64,000 nucleotides of DNA from Fimbriosthenelais zetlandica (Eukaryota), in the NCBI GenBank assembly GCA_977030845.1, contig OZ365114.1, forward strand, positions 25,606,001 through 25,670,000, read 5' to 3'. Below the pieces are notes generated by a model that saw nothing but the letters and a program-made list of their open reading frames with translations, did not search any database and was not told the origin of the DNA. The position numbers were made by a program, and so were the translations under genes. How positions within the stretch are numbered: position 1 is the first letter of the stretch; each line of letters starts with the position of its first letter. Positions 24,201-37,900 of the stretch are shown one piece after another.

Positions 24201-25645
24201 CATTATTTTCTTTCACAATGTATTATTCATTATCCAAATCTATGTCACTATCTAAAAACAAAATGTACATTACAGTAAATCCTCTGATATTGATTCACCT
24301 TTATCATCTCAGTCCCATGTATTAGACTAATACTATCATACATTATATCAGGACAGATTTACGGTAATATCTCCTATAGATTTATCCCAGCCAGTCTGAG
24401 TTACGATGACATAGCCAGTTCTGTGATAATACCAGAAATCCCATAGAGACCTATTTTCCATTATTTTTATTACCAATTTATCACAGTGAAACATGATCAA
24501 AAGCTTCTCCATCCCTGATTACTATTTTAAAGCTATCACATTGATCTATGCATGAACTAAACATGGTATCTCAGCAATAATCAATCTATTCTAAAAGTAA
24601 TAGATCACAGAAATAACATGACATAAACTTTAGAGGGCAGGGAGTAGGGCTTTAGTATCAATTAATCATAGCTGAGTACAGGAGCTTTACTAAGCCCTGA
24701 TCAGTCACGCTAGGTGACACTCTGCCTTAGACAGGAATACCCCAGGTTTATACAGATCTTCTATCCCGTCTATCTGAAATGGATGGGCATATTTCTACTT
24801 ATATTATATCCATTGGGAGCTCTCTAAAATGGTATATATTCTTTATAGGAGGAATCACAAGCTATAATCCAGTGTGGCCCTTTGAAAATATTTTAACAGC
24901 TTCAAGAATTGAAGTAAAGAATACAACTACAAAGGGTAAGAGAGTAATAGATTTGACCAATACAATGTAAAAAGTTGCACTTGTCATATAAACAGTGGAA
25001 TAAAACCAGTCCTATTGTTGGTAATGATCTTGAAAAGGGTCTGGAAGTCTGTGGTGAAAAAGCAAGTGATGTCTGAACACGCCATAAAGCAATGATCTGT
25101 GAGCGACCACAGCCACACCCCAGGCCCCCCGGAGCCCACACGAGAGGTGTGATAAGGAAATAAAAAGTGTGAATGTTAACCAAAGTGTGAATAGAACCGG
25201 GAGGTGGTGAAGAAGCATAACCCAGACCAATATATCAAATGTAAGAATAGAGGGTGTAAATCAGAGCACTAAAAGCAGGCTCTTATAAAGGGCCGGGACC
25301 ATTGATCTGACGCGGGATCCTAACAGATGTGAGCCTTCAGGCTGCAGGAGTGGGGCAAGAGAAGGGCAAAGGGGGCAATGGAGGAAGGCGGGTATAGGCA
25401 ACAGTAGCTCATGTAAAGGGGGCATTGGGAGCAGGACATAAATGTCTCTCCTCTATACGATAACAGCATTCAGATTCCAGACAAGGCCAGACTTACACAT
25501 CACTGTCTGAAAATGCATTAAGATTCAATTGTTTTTTCTTTGAACTTTTCAAAGGCTTCGGATTTCACAAAGGTTTTGGCTTTCACACAAACTCTGCCGT
25601 CAGAGATTTTATGTCTTCTATCGAGTTGACGGGCAGAATGCCTTC

Positions 25646-25718
25646 CTTTTAATATTAACTTTGTTCTTAATACGGGGACAATGGTTTTCTTTTAATATTA
25701 ACTTTGCTCTTAATATGG
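25646..25718. repeat. 43-bp-period duplication (cttttaatattaactttg.tcttaata.gg)
   Basis: Copies begin at 25646 and 25689. Confidence 0.8.
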
Positions 25719-28700
25719 TGCTTTATTTTTCATTAGGAGAAATTTCAGATGTTATGAAACATGAAAAAGGAAAGTATATTTCATTGAAAGTGAGCATCAA
25801 GCCTCGGCATTCCTTGGGCTCGCAACAGGCGTGGGAGGCAACAGCTGTCCAGGCTTGATTCCTCATTAACAGCGCTTAGTGGAAGATAATCTTAAGTACA
25901 CAGAGGCACTGGTCCTCACAATAGACCACAATCAAGTACACACATAGTCCTCATGCTTAGTATAATGATAGGTAAAACACCCGTGGATCCATCTTTACAT
26001 ACAAGATGCTCCTACATATTGACAGCAGTTTGTACATATGCATGTGATCCATATTGGCAAATAAATATTCTCTGCAACCATTCAAAGTATATGTGCAGTT
26101 TTCTGTGCAAACATTTCCTGTACCCTTATGCATGGACAGAAGCTTGTAAGAAGCTTGACAGAATATGACCTTTCTTTGAAGCCTTAGGTCTAGCAGTGAA
26201 CACAACTCCCAAGGAGTGCCTGTATATAGATGCTTAAATGTCCTGCAACAAGCTTCCTATTCAAGATGGAAATTTTCAATTACATGTCTTTAGCTTGAAG
26301 AGTTAACCTTTAGTAGAATTGACTGAATCTTTCCAATTAAAAGTCTTTGCTTCAAGTGTTAACTGCAGTTGAATGAGTGGAAATTTTCAACAAAGAGTTT
26401 CGTCCCATTTGTTACCATGGAGTAGTTCCCCCCTGAGATGTTCAGTTAGAGGAATGCATTGAAGGCATCAGGGGAAGGTAAAACCAGCCATATCTCCTGG
26501 CTCTACAAAGGACGAACACAAGGAGTAAATTCATTAAGCCTTGATTCTTTCTCCACAATGAATGAGCTGGTGAGATTAGGTGAGTTAGAGGAACTCTGCC
26601 GGAAGTTGGTTATATAGTCCGCGCATGCGCCACCGACTAATGGGAAAAGTCTGCAGGGAGGGGGGAAATAAAGGAAGGGATACAAGTCTTTATCTTCCTG
26701 CAAGCCTCAATCCATCACTCCAAGCAAAGATTATCTTTATTATCATAGGTTTGGGCGCTAAAAGTAGGAGCTTGCCTATGTACATCTGATTTAGAAAATG
26801 GGAGAAGATATTTAATCAGTGTCTCAAAGTGTCCACCAATATAGCCTAATGCAAATGATTCGACTCAAAATAATGAGGAAAAACACCACTCCAAACAACC
26901 AAAATGATTATGTCTATTACATGTCATTTTTGGAGGGGGGACTTTCCTATATTCATTATGAAAGTCTTGGAGGACTTTCCACCCCTCCCCTCTCATTCCT
27001 TCTATACCTCCCCTCGTTAACGACTTTCAGCGAATACCCACATGGATAGAGCATAATCAGACAAATGTTGTCCTCCCATCATGGATGACAGTCATTAACC
27101 ACAAAATCCAATCAAGTCAAATCTACCATGTGTGCTTTTAGTGTCAATAGCTGTGTTATCTCTATGTTTTATTTCTCTACTAGATCAGCCAGACAGACTC
27201 TATGGGCTTGGAATAGTCTTTTTCATTTCAGTTTTTTCTAGATGGAGCAGTGGGCATGGTAGGAGGAATCAAGACTGCTATTCTGTACCGTGATGGGGAA
27301 CTTGGTGAAAACAAGGACCTCTACAATATGACTTGTCTTTTGATGAATTTTCAGTAACGTTTGTATATCAAAAATGGAATTAATGAATATATTTTAGAGT
27401 CAGGCCCAAAATATTCACTGAAAACGAGAAACAAAGACTACAGTAATAAACCAAATTAGTTTTTTTTTTAACAATTTAAGATCCCACCATGAGGTATAGT
27501 GAGAGGAAAACTTCTACGACTAAAATCTGGGTACTTGTTCAGTATCAAAGCATTCAAAACGTTCCCAACTTGATAGCAGGAAAGTACTTCTGTGGGAACT
27601 TACAAAAATACATACATACATGTATATTCCCTTTGATGAATTAAGGGACCAAAAGAAGCATGGCTGCACATCCTAATGTGCACAAGTGCATGGTGAGATG
27701 AGTGTGTGTGTTAGTGTACGTATAAGAGGAGGCAGCAGTGAGGACATGATCTTACACGACACTGTCATATATCATAGACAATTCCCACAGCACGCCGCAG
27801 ACCATGGTGTCTTATCTAAAGAAGCAGCCAGCATTGACTAACAATACTCCACCCCACATAGGTAATAAAACACACCCATAACAGCCTATACCCTACACAC
27901 ATATCATCAGAGAGAACTGATTACGACTCACTGCTCTACTATAGCGTTATCTTCTGATAAGCTTTGTAATTGAAAAATCCTTTCTGCACAGTCGACAAAA
28001 TGAGTACATCAAAGAGGCCTTTTTGTCCTCTCTTTACTGTGAGATTTGATGCCACTCTGATGGAAGTGTGGGTTTTTCTTATGTCAATTGTGTCTTGTAA
28101 GCAGAAATTCTGTCCTTTCAGGTGAAATCTCATAGGTTTACTATAGAGAAGCTATTCATTAACGTAGAATAATTACAGAGCAACCCAAAGATAGAGAGTT
28201 CCTGGGTATGAAGCTGAGTAAATTACTGGAATTATATTTACCATATAAGAGGAGTTATATCCAAGGAGACTAGAGAAATCCAGAAAAGTATGCACGTAAA
28301 AAGTGTGCAATATCTGCCACATCTGTACTTGGCAAGAAAATACCGTACTGTACTAACTTTTGAGAGAAGACATGAGGGAGAGGGGAAGAGAATGAACTAC
28401 AAGGTGCAGTTTACAGTCCACAGAAAGCATAATTTGGGCTTTGTATACATATCTATGGTAAATACCAACACTCAATATGCATGCCAACTTTTAAGCCAAT
28501 AAAGGCCAACACTTCATATACCACAGACGCAGCCAGGCATGTCATAGACAAAAGAAAAGTATTGCCAAAGTGATTTTCCTTCGTGAAAATATTTACAAAT
28601 GGAGCCAGGACGATGTATATGTTATAGGTTCAATATATAGGTCTAGCTCAGTGGTATCTATTATGTGAAAGTTATATGATATAGGTAAAATGTCTGGCTA

Positions 28701-30777
28701 ATCCAAGTTCATTACAGATCAAACAAATGATATCTAATCATGGATGTAGCACCAACTTGTTATCAGTGTATATAAATCATCACATGTAATACACATTGGT
28801 ATACACCTTGTGCAGCCTATGGCAGCATGGTCGTCCGTCATCCACCACTGAGCTGGGCTGGCATGTACCGCCTGAGGTAAGCCCGCAGTGATTTCCTATA
28901 GTTATGACCTTAATTGTTGGTGAGCACGCTAGGGATTAGTGAGATGATGGATCAACTCTCTCAGCTACAGCTGCTGCCTATACAAAACCATGGTCTATAT
29001 CAATATGGACCAATTTTCCAGTTAAATAATAGACTCAAAGCGGGGGAAATTACAAGGATAGACAGTGTCCTTATAGGGTAGGCACAAAATGTGGAGAAAA
29101 AGTTACAATGAGCATTCCAAGAGACTGAACTTGGGTCCTAGAATATCCAAAGTCACCCACGACCCCAAACAATTGAAATTGGAGGAGGCAGATAGGACAT
29201 GGTTGCCCATGGACCTGCATCGAAGGACAGCCAAAAAACTGAAGACCAATAAAAGGCTCCATTGGAGAGAGAAGAAAGATTTATCTCAAGTGTACTAGCC
29301 AGAATCAATACTTGACAAAAATATGATCACCAAGGTTTCTTCTAGATGTGGGTGGGTCTTTACCCGAGACACCAACCCCTAGTACTCCAACACAAGCCAC
29401 AATGAGCGAGTGAATGCAATTAGCTAATGAGGTTAAAAATTCAAATTAATAATTCTAAAAATCCAATCCATCAAACAGTTGACTGAGGGAAAGAACCAAA
29501 TGAGGGTTAGCTCTGAGAAAGGAAAAAACTTATGATGGAAGTCTTCCAGCCAGAATCTGTGCAACCGAGGGAAGCACTGAAGAGCAGGGCAATCTATAAT
29601 GGCAGTGTGTCCCCTGTATCCCTCCATCTATCAGCTAGTGTTATATATAGGAGGACTCAGTGGCTTTCTTTGATGCCCTTTGGTCAATAATGCCTGTGTA
29701 TAGGTTATGAATGGCCAGCATTATGGCCCTGACACTGGACGGATAGTGCATGTTAATGGCCATGGCTGACATTTTGATCCCGGCTATTTCCAGCCTCCAC
29801 CGATATCCCCACATCATCTGATCACGTGTCCATAGACAGCCAATCAGTGCCAGCCGAATATGTATAGCGGAAGCCAATCAGATTATATAGCTGGCAGCCA
29901 CCCAGTGGCAGCTTCTGATACTAGGGGGGCAATCAGGAAATAAAATGTCAAGGGGTTCCCAGATCTGTCTGTCTTGGGGGGTGGGGGTGGTGTGAGAGTG
30001 TCTAGAGATAAGGAGAATTGTCAGATACTTTATACATGGGTCCACAGCGCTATATGTGATGTGAGGGCTTTCATCTGCTCCATTATATCTATGCTCTACA
30101 GGGACATATGGATAGAAGAGATGAGAACCTTGTATCTTGTCTTGTAAAAAGAGCAGCTTTGCCCAATAAAGGGAGTGTGGAGCACCAAGAAGAAAAGATG
30201 ATGACTACATGTACTTGCTCTTTTATAGTGCTGCTTCACTGAGGTATCCTGTCGCAGGCACATGATACCTCACCCAGTCACATTATCATGACAGCAGGCC
30301 GACCAGTCCTAGTGCTGTCCTCTTATTGCTGAGTGTCAAGCAAGGGAGCCAATTCCAATTTTTTAGGTGACCTGCACACAAGGGGCAGACATTCTCACCA
30401 CCTTTGAAGAAGAGACTAAGAAGAAGAGAGAATTTGGGACGGTGAAAGTCTAGTTTTTCAGTGATGGGTTGAGTTTGTTTATCTAAGCAGGGAGTGATCT
30501 GGGATGATCGGTGAGTTGGTACAACACCTGGCGTGTCAGTGTTTACTACTGTTATTGATTTACTAACATACTTAGTACTCTACCCTCATGTTCACTAACA
30601 TGGTGCAATGAGCAGAACATGACCCGAGCTGCACCGGTCATCCATCTACCACTCTTACCTCACAAGGTTTAATATAGGACAGGGGCTGGGGGGAGAGGAA
30701 GCCAGAGATGTAAAGAAATGTGGACGAGTACTTAAGACTTTTTGTATTCTGGTCTTTCGTTACTGACAAATGGAGTC

Positions 30778-30895
30778 TGAGAGAGAGGGAAAGAGCGAAA
30801 GGACAGAGCGAGAGAGAGAGAGAGAGAGGGAGGGAGAGAGCGAGAGGGGGGGGGGGGGAGAGCGATATTGAGAAGAGAGAGGGAGAGAGAGAGAT
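30778..30895 (+). repeat. (GA)n microsatellite with internal poly-G
   Basis: Read directly from the sequence. Confidence 0.9.
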
Positions 30896-33800
30896 ATCTT
30901 GGACTCAGAGTCAGAAGTACTTGAAGAGAAGTACACAACTACTAGCAGCAGGCCCTGCCGTAAGTATGTACATAATTCAAGCCTATCTAGATGTATGTCA
31001 GTTGATCTTCAAAGGCATAACACATGAGCCAGTCCAGTACATCATCAAAGCTAATAGAGGGAGAAGGATATGAAGAAAATAAATCATAATAGAAAGGTTA
31101 AACTTTGCTTCAATCTCTCCCACTTATCTTACTAACCCTTAGGGGGAGTATTTCTCTTTGGCCATAGTAGATTTTCTTGTTCTTTAAGTGGGATTCGATT
31201 CCCCCAGGCATTTTTTTCATCTACAACAAGACAGGGTTGGAAATTATTGAGAGCTTGGCCTTGATCCGCGAACGTGAAACATCTAGAAAGTGGGAACACG
31301 TTTTTATTGGCGTAATCGCTGCGCACTGTGGGGGATGAGAGTTTTTGTTGAAGGTACCACTTGTCTTATTGTCCTGACATTGGGAGGAGCTAGGGCTCAT
31401 AAGTGTCATGTTTTTCAGCGTCAATTCCTAGCTGCTAAAACATATTGGATAGCTGAAGGCTGACGACAGGCACTTAGTGATAATGTTGCAGCCATTGTTT
31501 TTTCTACTTCTCTCATATAAATGTTCTCCTGTAGAGATATATAAAAGAACTAGCGAGCAATGAGTGGCTGGAATGTGCAGGGAGACAGCTGTCACTGACA
31601 GGATGTGAGAAGACCCGCTTTTATGTCTCATTAAGAGGCCATTTAAAACAAATATCTTAAAATTTACATTTTAAAACTTGTGCTCTCTCCATGTAGTGGG
31701 GTTGATACTGTCTGTACACTATTGGTAATGTCTTAGCCTGCGGAGATTTACTAGAGATGCTTTTTGCCGCAGTACAGCGCCAGGCAATGTATTAATATTG
31801 TATACGTATACATCCATCACATATTTACCGTGTTTTATATGATGGCTTGTCACGTACATCTCCATACAACTGACAGTTTGTGATTTAAATCATATCAGCT
31901 ATCTACTGGCACAATTTATATGTAAATGGCTGCTTAGAAATTCATTACACTGTAATGTACATCAACTTTAGATATGGCAGCCATACCTGATGCACAGAAA
32001 CAGACACATAGTCCTACTATACTGCCTCTACTCATTTTCATCCTATCAATCATGTAGTTCAAGCACTTGCTACTATCCTCCAACTAGGCTCATCTTTTTC
32101 TATTTTTCCCACTCCTCTTCCTTTCCTATTATACAACCTCCCATCTCCTCTTTGACATATCCTGATCTTCATGCCCTTCTTGTTCCAGTGTTATTTTCTC
32201 GCCCTGCCCCTCCACCCCTCCTATGAGGGGATGATCATTTAGCTGTCAGTATTACCAGTCTATATGATGAGGTATTCCCTTGATTCCCCCTGTCCCTTCT
32301 CCCCATCCCCAGCTGCTCTTTCCCATACACCCCAAAGACAGCCATATTTGATGATCCATCTCTCACGTGGCTCATTTCTTTTGCACTCTCTCTAGCTGGG
32401 AGACGGTTCAGGGGCTCCCTAAAGACCTCTCTCCTTCATAACAGGCTATAGGAATGACTTTATAAAGTTTACTTTCTAATAGTCGCTATCTCACATGCCA
32501 GGATACCATCGAGTGATGCACAGCGGGCCTCTGGCATCACAGGGTCGCAGTTCGACACTTCTCTTATTTGTTTAGAGATTTCCCGATAGATCCATCATCA
32601 TCAATTACAGTGCTCCCCGGTCCATTCTGCACAGTACTTTTAGCAGGGTAAACAGTGGGAGAAGCGATGCAAGTATCAGGGGACTTGTATATAGAGGGCT
32701 GAGGAAGGAGCTGTAAAAAATACGTCCCCCTTACAAGGATACAAACTGCTCCCAGGCCTGCCATTCTGAAAATCTGGTTCTGCCTAAATAATCATTGAAG
32801 TGTGCACTTATATATACACTTTAGTGTCTTTAGCAGGCAGTGGACCAGAGTCTGGTGAGTGCTTCATACATGAATGAGCATCAAGGTAATGCGCCTGCCC
32901 CTCCTGATAAGCTAAAATCCCTCTAAGGACCTACACAATCCTTGAAGATCTGAGTATAGCATGGGATATGTACATATCAATTGATGTATTAATAGAAATA
33001 AGATGAAGAAGGCTTCAAAGTATTACTAACGCACATCTACGTCCATGGAAATGGGAAGATTAGAAAGAGATTGCTTCTGTGTGATGATATAATTCAGCTC
33101 AGCATAATAAGCTGAGCCACTTACATCAGACAGTCTTTGTCATGGTATCATTTGTCCATGAGGTTATATAGAATCCATGCGGACTTTATGAGTGAAATGT
33201 CAGTGTCATGGAGGTAGGTCCGCACCTGATGACTACTTATAAAGTAATCAGCTCAGACTATTGCCTTACTTTCCTTACTCATCCAACTTACCAGTAGAGA
33301 AACCGGATACAACCCACTGACATTTGACCACTTTTATAAAGGAATATTAATAAATGTGATTTATGATTTAATAAAATAGTTCCCCAGCCCATCAGTGAGT
33401 GGTTGGCGTTTTATTAGGGAGTTTCGCCCGGGTTTTTGACCTAATAACCACACCAGCTCATTGACATCTTGCTAAGGGTGAGCACTGGCTGGCCTTCCCC
33501 CTGCCTGTCCTGCCACAGACAGATTGTGAAGGGGGAAGGCAATGACAATACGTTGTCTCGAGGTAGAAAGATGAGCATTCATAATGCACGCTAGAGCAAA
33601 TCTAATCTTTCCAGCCCATTGCTCGGTGAGAGCCCTGTGAGGGCTGGGCTTAGGGCGGGGATCACCATCCATGGAGCACCATTAAAGACAGGGTGGGTAG
33701 AGGAGCACCGGGGATAGACCAGCAGCCAGCTGAAGCTAGCTGAGACGGATGAGCAAGCGGTTTCTGGTTAACAGAGGGAAAGATCCATGAAGGAATTTAA

Positions 33801-34665
33801 ATCCAGGCGCAGTGAGAGCTAGACTGATCAAATATTCAGTCACAAACAGTGGGAATACACCGAGAGCAAGTAGATGGTTAAAGGCCATCTAAAAGAGTAG
33901 GTGATAGTCTGAGGTCCACTTTAATTTGTGAGAAAAACCAATTGGATATTAGTTACCATGATTTTATCCACTGTTTTTCACACTTTAAGATAGGGATGGG
34001 CTTGTGGTCTGGCTCCAAATTAAAGGACTTTAATTTGTAAACATATGATGGCGCCGAAATGGAGTCCACCATAATGTCAAGTTTGAATGTAGTATAGGTA
34101 AATGGTGGGTTGTCCCAGGTTCAATATTGAAACATCAGTAATAGATGCTTCATAACGATGGCCACAAAGGTCGATCCATTACAAAGTAATAACATGACTT
34201 GAATAGCATGTATACGATACAAGTTTTCATGTCTTGATCTTCCTAGGGACATTCAAGGTAGTGAAAATTCCACAGGACCCTGCACCACTAACAAGACCTA
34301 ATCTGGTGTCAGACGAGATTAGGAAGATCACATTGAGTATATCAGGTTAAAACGGTCCTTTTTCTGGAAACTGGACGTTAAAATGCCATGTAAATTGACA
34401 GGGTCTAATTGGATGAGGCTCATAAAGCACCTGTTCCAGTCTAGACAGTAGCTATATATACAGAGTCCACGCTGCACGGCCAGGCCTGATAAGTGAAGCA
34501 ATATAGCACATACCTCTTACTGGACTCACTATAGGCACGACACACCAAGGCCACCTGATAGGTGAATATAGCTTTACCTGGTCTACATGAAAGACACATC
34601 ATTATCCTCCCATTACCTCAATATCATCTCATATCTGAATACCTCTTTATAGTCACAAAATCTCA

Positions 34666-34901
34666 ATATCATCCCATTGCCTCAATATCATCCCATTATC
34701 TCAATATCATCCCATTATCTCAATATCATCCCATTATCTCAATATCATCCCATTACCTCAATATCATCCCATTACCTCAATATCATCTCATTACATCAAT
34801 ATCATCTCATTACATCAATATCATCCCATTGCCTCAATATCATCCCATTGCCTCAATATCATCCCATTACCTCAATATCATACCATTACCTCAATATCAT
34901 C
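34666..34901. repeat. 19-bp minisatellite (atatcatcccattacctca), 12 contiguous copies plus a partial copy
   Basis: Units start every 19 bp from 34666 to 34875, and there is an additional degenerate copy at ~34602-34630. Confidence 0.95.
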
Positions 34902-37900
34902 AGATATCCTTACCTGATCAAAAGAACAGACTTACAGATATCTCAATCCACAGAGAGTTATGTATATTAACTAAAATCCATAATTTGTGGATTGTCTTGT
35001 GGGATAGAAAATTGCAATGAAATTGATTTTGAATTGATATTCAAGTAGTCAATGTGGGATAAAATAGCCATGAACCTCACATATCTATGTGTACTTGTAC
35101 AATATTTACGTCCACATGAGGGTTGGTAGAGCAATATTTGTAGTGTAAGCCACTCACGGTCTATTGACAATAGAGTATCAATCATTACAGTGTTCCCATC
35201 CACAGCCCATGCTCCATGAATGTCTACACTTGCTACTATCCACTATCCAGCCTCGAAATTGTCCACAAAAAATAGGTCAAATATCGAATGAAATCGATCA
35301 AGGGAGAAACAGAGAACTAGACAGTGCATTCATATAAATCACTGCAGATCAGTTTTAAATACAAAAACGTGATATTAAATATCTGACTTTAAAATTTAAT
35401 CTCAGGACAAAATTAAAATTAATGATAGAGCGAGTGGGGGCTTTAGGAGTGGGGGATTGTTTGGTTACCTGGAGAGAGAGAGAGGGAGGGTGTCAGTCCA
35501 TCCATCTCTAACTGTCAGGTAGAGTCTACACCGTCCACACTAATTGTGTGTGAGGCTCAGACTGGTGATAGATGGTTATCATGTTGGACAATACTATAAT
35601 CGATAGTTTCCAAACATGGATAAATTTCCTCTACTCCACAAACAGCGTATTCTCCGTTTTACTTACAGTTGGCTATTCAATACGTCTCGTCTATTTTAGG
35701 GTCTGAACATCCTTCTGAGTTTCTGAAGAAAAAAAGGAAATATTGTTATTAAAATAGAAATAGAATTAAGGGTTTGCCTCAGCTGTTGTTCATGAGAAAT
35801 ACTGTTATCCCCAGCATAGCATTACCTTCACCAACTGATAAAATTTCAAAAGCAGTAGTCAAGCATAGCTCTTTGCAAATCAACTACAGTCAGGTGGAAT
35901 TTTAGGTGATTCCACATATCAAAAGTCAGGAGGCAAACCCTCTATGCATGTGATTTATATGTTAGAAGTCAGGAGTTGTTGAGAGATGGGGGAGAGAGAT
36001 ATATATGTGTAATGAGAGGCATGAGACGGGCGATGATTGATCCAGACAAAACGTGTGACTGACACACTGACATACTGACACCCTGCTGTCAGATGAGATA
36101 TATACCTGATCATCCGTGGGAAGGTACAGAAGAGCGGCAAAAGGTTCGGGGGAAAAGGGGTTAACAGAACTGATCAAGGGAGGCTTTACCAGGATAAGGT
36201 GGAAGTGGAAAAGGGAGCGAGAAAGACAAAAGAGAAGAATGAAAACGAAAAGAAATCTATAGAAGAGATGGAGAGAAATGTGAGGCCACCTTTAGCCCGT
36301 GCTGTCAGCAGTAGGGTGTTAGAGTAGGCTGGTGTGTAGACCTTTACCTTACCCCACCAACCAACCATCTGATAGTACATCTACAGTACCTCCCATCCTA
36401 CCCATCACCATACAGCCTCCAAGCATAAACCACCTAACACCTCTCCCCCCAGCACCAATCAATACCTCCCCCCTAAGGTGAAGTGCTTCTCTTTTCATAA
36501 TCAAGTCCATAATTCTCCCCGTGGCTTTATATACACACACCAGTGCCTATAAAGCTTTTGTAGTCACATGCACGGTCAAGGTGTTCTGTGATTTAGGCCG
36601 CAAGCCATTCTGGTTTGGGTTGAGCACTCAACATGCTAACATGGGGCCCAGGATTTATATCATTCAGGCCGATCAATAGTTAATGGGCCGGACAAGGAAA
36701 AATACCTCACCCCGAAAACCTTCAAAAATCCATTTTCCACACAGAGGTTAATTGTTGGTATCAAATAAATCGGATGAGATCAAAGGTAGAGTGGATTTGG
36801 GCTGGGCTTTTAGAATTAATTCCCCATACCATCGTCTCGGGTGGGAGGAGAAAAAGAAAAAATGGCATTAGCCTGAAGCTAGGTCAGGTTCAGTGAGGGG
36901 GAAAAACTGGCTCTCCACAGAGCCGGTCAGGTGATTTGCCGCTTGCTGCCTTTGTCAAGATGTGCTTTCTGAGGTCTGGGAGAGCGAATGGCAGCTCTGG
37001 CCTCCAAACAATATTTCTCTTCTGATCAGAGGCTGGAAAATGAGAGGAGGCGAGCTGGATGGCACTGAGGCTTTCACCCAAGGTGAAAGGGTTAGACAGG
37101 AGAAAGGCAAGACAGGAAGTAAAGAAGTGTTGAATCCCTTACTGCCTCAGCAAAGGCTAGTTCTACTTACTACAGAAAGCAAGAAGCAAAACTAGTCCCA
37201 AAAGCACCCACAATTTGGTAAGATGACCTTCACTGCAAGTAACAGCAAGAATATATCCAAAAGTTCCTTGTATTTTCAAATCAATTGGTCATAGATGTTG
37301 AGAAAGCCTATCTCGGAAAGCATCCGAGGAGTTGATGTAGTTCTGCACAATATTGGGTAAGCAGAAAACCTGGTGAGCAGGAGGGGAATAACAAGCGACA
37401 AATTGGCGAGGAAATGAAATCTGCAGACATTAATTAATAGAGGTCCATTAACAGCCATTAACCGACACAGTATATCAGCTTCCTCCATTAGTGGACAAAA
37501 ACATCCCTACTGTAATAAGACGCAGGGTGGATGTCAGTCCTACATATTGTGTTCATGGCAGTTCGTCATGACCATTCACCGTCCAGACTTAATGCTGTTA
37601 CCAAGTCTGGAACAATTAAACCAAGTCACCTGATTAAATCTAAACCAGTTTGGCAATAAGATCCAAAAGTATATAAGACTAAGAGATTACCTCCTACAGG
37701 ACATATTTGCAAAACCTTTATCAATATCCACGCAACGGATTTTCTGAAATCCACAGAGACAATTAAGTCTATTCATCTGATTAAATTCATAAACAATTCT
37801 AACATTATTAACTAAGTATTTCCGTCTTAAAATCCAAAATTATAACAGATTAAGAAAGAAGATAACTCTGCAAGACATTTATGATTATCAGTGAATATTT

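Noticed and set aside
32541-32558. tRNA T-arm/B-box-like ggtcgcagttcgac
   Set aside because: I could not build an A-box, a cloverleaf or a SINE body around it.
33900-34460. Possible decayed transposon coding fragment
   Set aside because: The frames I translated by hand contain stops and no RT, transposase or endonuclease motif. A Dfam/Repbase search is needed to decide.
34562-35020. The 152-aa and 97-aa ORFs, and a possible CRISPR-like reading of the 19-bp array
   Set aside because: The units are contiguous with no unique spacers, the context is eukaryotic, and the ORFs simply translate the minisatellite.
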